Below, in pieces: positions 49,598-60,399 of a DNA stretch of 64,000 nt; positions within the stretch are counted from its first letter, which is position 1, and each line of letters opens with the position of its first letter. The stretch spans positions 61,628,001-61,692,000 of the forward strand of contig NC_135818.1 of NCBI RefSeq assembly GCF_964213995.1, read 5' to 3'. The stretch is from Mustelus asterias. Taxonomy: Eukaryota. A program made the position numbers and the translations under genes. Under the pieces are notes generated by a model, which saw nothing but the letters and a program-made list of their open reading frames with translations, was not told where the DNA came from and searched no databases.

Positions 49598-50234
49598 AAA
49601 TTGGCCTCCAATAGTGAGTTCATGCATTTGCTGTCCACTGTGGCAAACCTTTTATGTTTCTGGACCAACCTATAAAGAACGAATTCCCATATGGGTTTTT
49701 CTGCTTGGCCACTATAACTTTGACAGAAGAGCTATGGAAACCCTGCAAAAAACAACACAAACGCAGTTAACCTTGTTTCTTTGGGGTTTCCGAGACTCGT
49801 CTGGCAAAGTTACGATGGACCAGTGGGATAAACTCCATTGAAATCCAGTCCGTTGCATTAGAGACTGCTGACGCTTTACAGTTTGTGTTGAACAAGTGCT
49901 TTCACATGCATCATTGCTTAAAACCAGTTTTGCTATTTTGGATCACATTGATCACATATTCTCTGGAAATAATAGTAGTATATTATAGTAGTCGATAAAT
50001 GGAATTTGTTGGGGTGAGGAGAGAAGTAGTGCCAGGAATTTTTGAGTTCCAAGTTGGTAAATCATGTTCAACTTTCCTAGCACCCTCAGAATTCCAGTCA
50101 CTTCATTGGACAACTGAAATTTCAGACAAGCAACTCTTCAGATCAATGTCCAAAGAGTGAATAATCTTCATAGTTGGTGAATCATTTTAGAACTTGTCTA
50201 TATTAGCAGATAGTGCTTTACAGAAAATGACTTT

Positions 50235-50531
50235 TATTTTTATTGGCAAATAGGCTTACATTAACACTGCAATGAAGTTACTGTGAAAATCCCTTAGTCA
50301 CCACACTCCGGCACCTGTTTGGGTACACTGAGGGAGAATTTAGCATGGCCAATGCATCTAACCAGCATGTCTTTTGGACTGTGGGAGGAAACCGGCGCAC
50401 CCAGAGGAAACCCATGCAGACATGGGGAGAATGTGCAGACTCCTCACAGACAGTCACCCAAGCTGGGAATTGAACCCGAGTCCCTGGTGCTGTGAGGCAG
50501 CAGTGCTAACCACTGTGCCACCATGCTGCCC
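50235..50531 (-). mobile_element. HE1-head SINE with alternative tail
   Basis: Same tail as 34745. Confidence 0.88.
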
Positions 50532-50753
50532 ATTGGTTGCCTAATTTAATTCTTTGCAACCCTGGTTTGTTCATTAGTGAAAATCAATATTCTTCATGGA
50601 GCAGAGCTGTCTTTAAAAGGGCAGCTATCACATGTGTCCTGATAATGTGTCACAAAGAACGCCATTGCCTCATAGTGGAGTGATCCATTTACGCTGAGAT
50701 TGAAATCAGCGCCTGATTTAATGACTTGATGGATTTGCTCTTCTTTCTCAAAC

Positions 50754-51815
50754 TTGGGGACTCATGGTGAACAATCACTGAAACAACTCTATGATGACAT
50801 CAACAAGTTCCATCCCACCATCAGGCTCACCATAGACTACTCCCCGGAATCGGTTGCATTCTTGGACACGCGCATCTCCATTAAGGACGGTCACCTCAGC
50901 ACCTCACTGTACCGCAAGCCCACGGATAACCTCACGATGCTCCACTACTCCAGCTTCCACCCTAAACACGTTAAAGAAGCCATTCCCTACGGACAAGCCC
51001 TCCGTATACACAGGATCTGCTCGGATGAGGAGGATCGCAACAGACACCTCCAGACGCTGAAAGATGCCCTCATAAGAACAGGATATGGCGCTAGACTCAT
51101 TGATCAACAGTTCCAACGCGCCACAGCGAAAAACCGCACCGACCTCCTCAGAAGACAAACACGGGACACAGTGGACAGAGTACCCTTCGTCGTCCAGTAC
51201 TTCCCCGGAGCGGAGAAGCTACGGCATCTCCTCCGGAGCCTTCAACATGTCATTGATGAAGACGAACATCTCGCCAAAGCCATCCCCACACCCCCACTTC
51301 TTGCCTTCAAACAACCGCACAACCTCAAACAGACCATTGTCCGCAGCAAACTACCCAGCCTTCAGGAGAACAGTGACCAAGACACCACACAACCCTGCCA
51401 CAGCAACCTCTGCAAGACGTGCCGGATCATCGACACAGATGCCATCATCTCACGTGAGAACACCATCCACCAGGTACACGGTACATACTCTTGCAACTCG
51501 GCCAACGTTGTCTACCTGATACGCTGCAAGAAAGGATGTCCCGAGGCATGGTACATTGGGGAAACTATGCAGACGCTGCGACAACGGATGAATGAACACC
51601 GCTCGACAATCACCAGGCAAGACTGTTCTCTTCCTGTTGGGGAGCACTTCAGCGGTCACGGGCATTCGGCCTCTGATATTCGGGTAAGCGTTCTCCAAGG
51701 CGGCCTTTGCGACACACGACAGCGCAGAGTTGCTGAGCAGAAACTGATAGCCAAGTTCCGCACACACAAGGACGGCCTCAACCGGGATATTGGGTTCATG
51801 TCACAATATTTGTAA
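50754..51815 (+). CDS. Penelope-like element ORF fragment: RT C-terminus/thumb, Cys linker, GIY-YIG endonuclease (uninterrupted 353 aa, 5'-truncated)
   Basis: FHPTIRLT, VAFLDTRI, SLYRKPTD, SSFHPKH, IPYGQALRIHRICS, PCHSNLCKTC, NVVYLIRC, YIGET. Confidence 0.93.
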   Translation: MGTHGEQSLKQLYDDINKFHPTIRLTIDYSPESVAFLDTRISIKDGHLSTSLYRKPTDNLTMLHYSSFHPKHVKEAIPYGQALRIHRICSDEEDRNRHLQTLKDALIRTGYGARLIDQQFQRATAKNRTDLLRRQTRDTVDRVPFVVQYFPGAEKLRHLLRSLQHVIDEDEHLAKAIPTPPLLAFKQPHNLKQTIVRSKLPSLQENSDQDTTQPCHSNLCKTCRIIDTDAIISRENTIHQVHGTYSCNSANVVYLIRCKKGCPEAWYIGETMQTLRQRMNEHRSTITRQDCSLPVGEHFSGHGHSASDIRVSVLQGGLCDTRQRRVAEQKLIAKFRTHKDGLNRDIGFMSQYL

Positions 51816-52120
51816 CTCCCACAGTTGCGTGGACCTGCAGAGTTTCACTGGCTGTCTTGTCTGGAGACAATACACATATTTTTAGCCTGTCTTGATGCTC
51901 TCTCCACTCCCATTGTTTTGTTTCTTAAAGACTGGATTAGTTGTAAGTATTCGCATTCCAACCATTATTCATGTAAATTGAGTCTGTGTCTTTATAAATT
52001 CTGTTTGTGAACAGAATTCCCACTCACCTGAAGAAGGGGCTTAGAGCCTCGAAAGCTTGTGTGGCTTTTGCTACCAAATAAACCTGTTGGACTTTAACCT
52101 GGTGTTGTTAAACTTCTTAC
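50756..52120 (+). mobile_element. Penelope-like element (Neptune-type), young copy
   Basis: Near-identical to 1580-2407 over the shared length. Confidence 0.95.
52025..52061 (+). ncRNA. Minimal hammerhead ribozyme
   Basis: cac-CTGAAGA-a-ggggc/gcctc-GAAA-gc-TT-gtg. Confidence 0.8.
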
Positions 52121-52504
52121 AGCATGTGATAGGTACAGGGAATGGTGCCTGACTGAGTGCTTTCATTTTTAATAAAATCTATGTCAGCAATTTGTTGAAT
52201 GGTACCAAGGAACTGTGGAAGAAGATGATGACTTGAGATTGCCTTATCATAGGAAATACAGGTAGCATGATTTGCAGGGCTAGGATGTACAAAATCTTGT
52301 TCTCAGAATCCTCCAGCTTTTGTAACGGAGTTCAAAATGATTAAGTGCCACCAATTCTAAATGGCCTGCTCTGAACCTGACAGTCCCCTCATTTGTAGAA
52401 ATACATTTCAATTCAATGTTTGTCGCTTGAAAAATGCTGCTTTCATTTAAAGTGAATATAAGTTTTCCACAACTTGCTCTTTGTATATTACTCTTAACAA
52501 GTTC

Positions 52505-52692
52505 CCAAGGTTTAACTCAATTGGCTGGACAACTGGTTAGTAATGCAGAGCGATGCCAACATCATGGGTTCAATTCCCATACCGCTCGCCTGAGGTGTGG
52601 TGACCCTTAGGTTAAATCGCCACCAGTCAGCTCTCTCCCTCAAAGGTGAGAGCAGCCGCTGGTCATCTGGGACTATGGTGACTTTACCTTAC
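52505..52692 (+). mobile_element. tRNA-derived SINE (family B)
   Basis: Homologous to 3373-3587. Confidence 0.75.
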
Positions 52693-52904
52693 AGGTCCCA
52701 AAGCATTTCACAGGGGCAATACGAAATAAAGCTTGACACCGAACCACATTAGGGAGGGATTAAGAAAGTTCAAGCAGGCTTTAAAGAGTGTCTTAAAGGA
52801 GCAACGGGAGGTATTGAGAAGTAGTAACTCTTCCAGGAGCCAATTACTGGACAATCCCTGATGGACAGTTTGATTAACTAGGGAATATAACAAGTTGAAA
52901 CTGT

Positions 52905-53230
52905 GAGTGGCACAGTGGATAGCGCTGCTGCCTCATGGTGGCACAATGGTTAGCACTGCTGCCTCACAGTGCCAGGGACTTGGGTTCATTTCCTGGATTG
53001 GGTCACTGCCTGTGCAAAGTCTGCATGTTCTCCCCGTGTCTGCGTGAGTTTCCTCTGGGTGCCCTGGTTTCCTCTCACATCTGAAAGACGTGCTGGTTAG
53101 GTGCATTGGCCATGCTAAATTCTCCTTCAGTGTACCCGAACAAGTGTCGGAGTGTGGCGGCTAGGGGACTTTCACAGTAACTTTATTGCATTGTTAATGT
53201 AAGTCTACTTGTGACACTAATAAACTTTAA
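52905..53230 (+). mobile_element. HE1-head SINE with alternative tail and duplicated first 30 nt
   Basis: gtggcacagtggatagcgctgctgcctca repeated in tandem. Confidence 0.85.
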
Positions 53231-53309
53231 ACTATAATGTTTTGTTATTTGCATTTGCTAAAAGTTTCTGCTTCTAATAGTTTCTTGCCATACACTTCAA
53301 GTTAAATGC

Positions 53310-53783
53310 TAACCTTTAAGACTTACCTGGATAGTCACATGAGCAGCCTGGGAATGGAGGGATACAAACGATTGGTCTAGTTGGACCAAGGAGCGGCACA
53401 GGCTTGGAGGGCCGAAGGGCCTGTTTCCTGTGCTGTACTGTTCTTTGTTCTTTGTTCTTTCATGGCACGGTGGCACAGTGGTTAACACTGCTGCCTCACA
53501 GCACCAGGGTCCCGGCTTCAATTCCAGCCTCGGGTGGCTGTCTGTGCGGATTCTGCACATCCTCCCCGTGTCTGCGTGGGTTTCCTCCGGGTGCTCCGGT
53601 TTCCTCCCACGCTCCAAAAATGTGCGGATGAGGTGGATTGACCATGCTAAATTGACCCTTAGTGTCAAGGGTATTAGCAGGGTAAATATGTTAGGTTACG
53701 GGGATAGGGCCTGGTTGGGATTGTCGACAGTGCAGGCTCGATGGGCTGAATGGCCTCCTTCTGCACTGTAGGGATTCTATGAC
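53310..53783 (+). mobile_element. CR1 3' tail (53310-53460) followed directly by an HE1 SINE (53464-53783)
   Basis: (tgttctt)n tail then HE1 head. Confidence 0.85.
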
Positions 53784-54519
53784 TTCTCAAGGTGTCAGAC
53801 AGATATGAAAGAACTGATGGTGTTCTTTGAGCAGTGGGGGATGGAGAGTGAAGTGGATGAAATGTAGTGGCGAGATTAACCTCTCAGTGAGAAATGAGCT
53901 CACAGTGACTCAGCAGTTATCCAGTTAACACCAGGCCTGCTGTACTATTCCATCAGAAAGGAAACATTGGAAAGTAAAATACAACATGGGCTAATGAGCG
54001 CCGCAGAGTGTGAGCTTATTTCATGCCTGTGGCAATAAACTATTTCACCCCATGATCTTTATAATACAAGTCCTTCCTATATCTAAAGCCATGCTTTTTA
54101 AACTATAGTTAAGGAGTTCCTGTAAATATTTATCCCAAAATCAATTCCGCTGTGTTTTAATAAAATGAATAACTATTAATTTCAGTGTTGTTACTACTTT
54201 TGTTTTAATGAAAGGTTATTCCATTTGCAACATGAACATTGAATACATTTTTCATTAACAACGTTTGAATGTGTCTGTAGATTCAGTGCGGTGAAACATT
54301 GTAGTCTCTGCAGTCTTTATTGTGAAACTTCCTGCTGGTTTGAAATCAGGCAAGACTTGATGTACTAAAATGTAAATAGCGGTCTGCTCAGTTGAACTTG
54401 TTTCTTTTATTACACTTCACTTCCTCAGATAGGGGTCGGCAATGTTAATAACAAGTAGAGCCATTAAAAAAATTGTCAAAAACACAATATCTTCAGAGCC
54501 CCAAAGCTGTTCGTTTAAA

Positions 54520-55300
54520 TTCATTTGTTGCCCATCCCTAGTTGCCCTTGAGAAGGTGGTGGTGAGCTGCCTTCTTGACTGGCTGCAGACCCTGAGATGT
54601 AGGTACGCCCACAGTGCTGTTAGGGAGGAGTTTCAGGATTTTGACCCAGCGACACTGAAGGAACGGCGATATGTTTCCTAATCAGGATGGTGAATGGATT
54701 GGAGGGGAACTTCTAAATGGCGGCATTCCCATGCATCTGCAGCTCTTGTCCTTCTAGATGGCAGTGGCAGAGGTTTAGAAGGTGCTGCCTAAGGAACCTT
54801 GGTGAGTTACTGCATCTTGTAGATGGTACACAGGGCTGCCACTGTTCATCATTGCAAGAGGGATTGAATGTTTTGTGGAAGGGGTAGCAATCAAGAAGGC
54901 TGTTTTGTCCTGAATGGTGTCAAGCTTCTTGAGCATTGTTGGAGCTGCACTCATTCAGACAAGTGGAGAGTATTCCATTACACTCCTGACTGGTGCCTTC
55001 TGGATGGTGGACTGGCTTTGGGAGGTCAGGAGGTGAGTCCCTCGCCGCAGAATTCCTAGCCTTTAATCTGCTCTTGTAGCCACAGTATTTATATGGCTGG
55101 TCCAGTTCAGTTTCTGGTCAATGATAACCCCGAGGATGTTGATAGTGGGGGATTCAGTGATTGTAATGTCATTGAATACCATGGGGCAATGGTTAGATTC
55201 TTTCTTGTTGGAGATGGTGATTGCCTGGCAATTGTGTGGTGTAAATGTTACTTGCCACTTGTCAGCCTAAACCTGGAGATTCTCTAGGTCTTGCTGCATT
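54520..55300 (-). mobile_element. Old CR1/L2-type LINE 3' region
   Basis: Homologous to 9660-10450. Confidence 0.75.
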
Positions 55301-56540
55301 TAGAAATTACTCAAATGCCCATACTAATGATGAACCAGACACATTTCAATGACATTTTAAAGGTTTTTACAAAACAGTTGTTAATTGAATGATGCTTTCT
55401 CATTAGTACGATGTGAATAAGTTTTTAAGAAAATGGAACAGGCCACTTAGTTACCATCAAAACGTGTTTGATCAGTTTGGAAACCACCGTGAGCTCTTAA
55501 TGGGACACATGTGGGTCTGAAGCTGGAGGTGCAGAGTCCTGACATACAGGTTTACAGTTATTAATGTAACTTTGCATAAAGGTGGCATTTGCAAGCAATG
55601 ACTTACTTCTTGCTGCCAAAGTAAATAACCTCACATTTATCTACATTATACTGCATCTGCCATGCATTTGCCCACATACTCAGCTTTCCAAATTGCAATG
55701 AAGCATCTCTGCATCCTCCTTACAGCTCACCCTCCCATACAGCTTTGTGTCACCTGCAAATTTGGAGATATTACATTCAGTTCCCTCACCTAAATCATTA
55801 ATACACATTGTGAATAGCTGGGGTCCTAACACTGATCCCTGAGGTACCCCTCTAGTCACTGTCTGTCAGATGGAAAAAGACCCATTTATTCCCACTCTTT
55901 GTTTCCTGCCAACCAGTTTTCTATCCATCTCAGTACATTACCCCCCCAACCCATGTGCTTTAATTTTACCACTAATCTCTTGTGTGGGACTTTGTCGAAA
56001 GTCTTCTGAAAGTCCAAATAAACCACATCCAGTGGCTCCCCCTCATCAACTCTACTAGTTGCATCCTTGAAACATTCCAGTAGATTTGTCAAGCATGATT
56101 TCCCTTTCGTAAATCCATGCTGACTCTGTCCCATTCTGCCACTGTTTACCACGTGCTCTGCTATCAAATCTTTTATAATGGACTCCAGAATTTTCGCCAC
56201 TACTGACGTCAGACTGACTGATCTATAATTCCCTGTTTTCCCTCTACCTCCCGTTTTAAATAGTGGGGTTTCATTAACTACCCTCCAATTTGTCAGAACT
56301 GTTCCAGCGTCTATAGAATCTTGGAAGATGACCACAAATGCAACCACTATTTCCTGGTCCACTTCCTTGAGTACTCTGGAATGTAGATTATCGGGCCGAG
56401 GGATTTATTGGCTTTCATTCCCATCAACTTCTCCAACACCATTTCTCTAGCAATACTGATTTTCTTCATTTCCTCCTTCTCACTAAATCCTCTGCTCCCT
56501 AATATTTTTAGTATGTTATTTATGTCCTCCTCTGTGAAGA

Positions 56541-57945
56541 CAGAACCATAGAACCATAGAACATTACAGCACAGAAACAGGCCTTTTGGCCCTTCTGGCC
56601 TGTGCCGAACCATTTTTCTGCCTAGTCCCACTGACCTGCACCTGGACCATATCCCTCCACACCCCTCTCATCCATGTACCTGTCTAAATTTTTCTTAAAT
56701 GTTAAAAGTGAGCCCGCATTCACCACTTCATCTGGCAGCTCATTCCACACTCCCACCACTCTCTGTGTGAAGAAGCCCCCGCTAATATTCCCTTTAAACT
56801 TTTCCCCCTTCACCCTTAACCCACGTCCTCTAGTTTTTTTTTCTCCTAGCCTCAGTGGGAAAAGCCTGCTTGCATTCACTCTATCTATACCTATCATAAT
56901 TTTATCCACCTCTATCAAATCTCCCCTCATTTTTCTACGCTCCAGGGAATAAAGTCCTAACCTATTCAACCTTTCTCTGTAACTCAGTTTCTCAAGTCCC
57001 GCCAACATCCTTGTAAACCTTCTCTGCACTCTTTCAACCTTATTAATATCCTTCCTATAATTAGGTGACCAAAACTGCACACAATACTCTAAACTCGGCC
57101 TCACCAATGTCTTATACAACTCTTATATTCAATACTTTGATTTATAAAGGCCAATGTACCAAAAGCACTCTTTACGACCCTATCTACCTGTGACGCTACT
57201 TTTAGGGAATTATGTATCTGTATTCCCAGATCCCTCTGTTCTACTGCACTCTTCAGTGTCCTATCATTTATCTTGTATGTTCTACCTTGGTTTGTCCTTC
57301 CAAAGTGCAATACCTCACACTTGTCTGCATTAAACTCCATCTGCCATTTTTCAGCCCATTTTTCTAGCTGGTCCAAATCCCTCTGCAAGCTTTGAAAACC
57401 TTCCTCACTGTCCACTACACCTCCAATCTTTGTATCATCAGCAAATTTGCTGATCCAATTTACCACATTATCATCCAGATAATTTATATAGATGACAAAC
57501 AACAATGGACCCAGCACTGATCCCTGTGGCACACCACTAGTCACAGGCCTCCACTCAGAGAAGCAATCTTCCACTACCACTCTCTGGCTTCTTCCATTGA
57601 GCCAATGTCTAATCCAATTTACTACCTCTCCATGTATACCTAGCGACTGAACCTTCCTAACTAACCTCCCATGCGGGACCTTGTCAAAGGCCTTACTGAA
57701 GTCCATGTAGACAACATCCACTGTCTTCCCTTCATCCACTTTCCTGGTAACCTCCTCGAAAAACTCTAATAGATTGGTCAAACATGACCTACCACACACA
57801 AAGCCATGTTGACTCTCCCTAATAAGTCCCTGTCTATCCAAATATTTGTAGATCCTATCTCTTAGTACTCCTTCCAATAATTTACCTACTACTGACGTCA
57901 AACTTACCGGCCTATAATTTCCCGCATTACTTTTTGAGCCTTTTT
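56541..57945 (-). mobile_element. Young CR1 LINE, 5'-truncated
   Basis: ORFs 57101-57994 and 56622-57119; (agaaccat)n tail; near-identical to 22960-24582. Confidence 0.96.
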
Positions 57946-57955
57946 GTTGTCTGCA

Positions 57956-58504
57956 TGACTCTACGACAACGGATGAATGAACACCGCTCGACAATCACCA
58001 GGCAAGACTGTTCTCTACCTGTGGGGGAGCACTTCCGCAGTCACGGGCATTCAGCCTTGGATCTTCAGGTAAGCGTTCTCCAAGGCGGCCTTCACGACAC
58101 ACGACAGTGCAGAGTCGCTGAGCAGAAACTGATAGCCAAGTTACGCACCCATGAGGACGGCCTAAACCGGGATGTTGGATTTATGTCACATTATCAGTAA
58201 CCCCCACAGCTTGCCTCCTGGGCTTGTAGAATCTCACTAGCTGTTCTGTCTGGAGACAATACACATTTCTTTAACCTGTGTTTAATGTTCCCTCCACCCA
58301 CATTGTCTGTACCTTTAAGACCTGGCTGGCTGTAGGATTCGCATTCTAATTAGTATTCTGCAACTTGATTTTGTCTGTTTGCACTGTTTGAGAGCACATT
58401 TCCACTCCATCTGACGAAGGAGCAGTGCTCCGAAAGCTTATGGTATTTGCTACCAAATAAACTTGTTGGACTTTAACCTGGTGTTGTGAGACTTCTTACT
58501 GTGT
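57956..58504 (+). mobile_element. Penelope-like element, second subfamily, 3' fragment
   Basis: ORF 57934-58200 GIY-YIG C-terminus; diverged pseudo-LTR. Confidence 0.92.
58407..58443 (+). ncRNA. Minimal hammerhead ribozyme (stem I variant)
   Basis: ccat-CTGACGA-a-ggagc/gctcc-GAAA-gc-TT-atgg. Confidence 0.85.
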
Positions 58505-59408
58505 ATCTAGTTGGTCAGCCATTTCTTTGTTCCCCACTATAAATTCCCCTGTTTCACTAATCTTTTTCTCTTCACATGCCAATATAAGCTTCTACAGTCT
58601 GTTTTTATGTTTCCTGCTTGCTTACTCTGGTGCTCTATTTTCCCCTTCTTAATCAATCCCTTGGTCCTCCTCTAAACTGTTCCACATTCTCAGGTCTGTT
58701 GTTTTTTTCTGGCCAATTTGTATGCCGCTTCTTTGGATCTGGTACTATTTCTAATTTCCCTTGTAAGCCATGGTTTGGTCACCTTTCCCGTTTTACGATT
58801 GTGTCAGACAGGAATAAACAATTGTTGCAGTGCAGTCATGTGCTCTTTGAATGTTTACCATTGCCTATCCATCATCATCCCTTTTAAGTAATGTTTCCCC
58901 AATCCATTATAGCCAACTCATGCCTCATATCATCATAGTTTCCTTTATTAAGATTCAGGATCCAGAATCAATTACATCACTCTTCACCTTGATGAAAAAT
59001 TCTATCATGTTTTGGTCGCTTATCCCCAAGGGACGTCACACAACTAAATTGCCAATTATTCATTTTTCATTAGACAATAACCAGTCTAGGGTGACCCGTT
59101 CTCCTAATGGGCCTTAGGATTCTTGTTATTAGCACAGTTTTTGATTGCAATGCTTGTTGCCATATCATTTTCTAAACTCCATTTCCATCTTAAAAGCCAT
59201 GCGACACAATTCCAATTATAACAGCTCCAATCTTCATACCCGTCAATGACAGGACAGCTTTCTGCGCTTTCTTACACCTGTCTGAAAGCCATTGTGGAAA
59301 GCTATCTCTGCTCTGCAGTATTCACATCACTGAACAAGGCCAATGAAAAATAGAACTGCACTCGATCTGGGAAGAGCCTGCCCTTATCGTTCTCACTCTT
59401 GCCTCTCT

Positions 59409-60375
59409 GGGGAAGCGGCGATGTAGTGGTAACATCACTATAGTAGTCCAGAGGTCCAAGGCCAAGGGTTCAAACCCCAAAACAGCAGCAGGAATCTGGA
59501 ATGGAAAGGTAGTTTCCATAATGGTGACCATTGTTGATTGCTACAAAAGCCCATTTGGTTCACAAATGACCTTTAGGGAATGAAATCTGTCAACCTTACT
59601 TGGTCTGGCTTACACGTGACTGCAGACCCACGACTATGTATAGAATCAAAGAATCCCTACAGTGCAGAAGGAGGCCATTTGGCCCATCGGGTCTGCACCG
59701 ACCACGATCCCACCCAGGCCCCATTCCCGCAACCCTACATATTTACCCTGCTAATCCCCCTGACACCAGGGTCAATTTAGCATGGCTAATCCACCAAATC
59801 CGCACATTTTTGGACTGTGGGAAGAAACCAGAGGAAACCCACGCAGACCCGGTGAGAATGTGCAAACTCCACCCAGAAAAAAAATACTCCACACAAAAAA
59901 AGCTCCACACAAACTCCACAAACTCTTAACTGCCCTCGGAAATGGTGTGGCAAGCCACTTAGTGTTTATCCATTCAAGGGATGTAGGTTCACCTGGCTAG
60001 GCCAGCATTTATTGCCCATCCCGAATTTTCCTTGGGAAGATGTTGACGAACTGCCTTCTTGAACAACTGCAGCCCATGTGGCCCATGCAACCCAGAGGGA
60101 GGGAGTTCCAGGATTTTGACCCAGCGACAGTGAAGGAACAGTGATTATTTCCGAGTAAAGATGGTAAGTGACTTGGAGGGGAACTTCCAGGTGTTGGGGT
60201 TCCCATTAATTTGTTACCCTTGTCCTTCTAGATGGTAATTGCCATGGACTTGGAAGGTGCTGTCTCAGGAGCTTTGGTGAGTTCCTGAAGTGCATCTTAG
60301 TTCAAGGGCAATTAGGGATGGGCAACAAATGCTGGCCTTGGCAGTGATGCCCACATCCCATCAAAGTATAAGTTA
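59409..60375 (+). mobile_element. Family C SINE interrupted by an HE1 (59640-59880, minus) and an old LINE 3' end (59975-60296, minus)
   Basis: Pieces homologous to 15630-15985. Confidence 0.7.
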
Positions 60376-60399
60376 AAAAGGTTGTTTAAATTGCAAAGA

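Larger units (their letters stand above)
55600..59110 (-). mobile_element. Older CR1 (55600-56545 and 58505-59110) hosting a nested young CR1 and PLE
   Basis: ORFs 55886-56362 and 56347-56631. Confidence 0.85.

Noticed and set aside
626-56952. Antisense ORFs such as MYLSRCPLKV..., MYLSKFFLNVK..., MCAELGYQF...
   Set aside because: Shadow frames of CR1 and PLE ORFs
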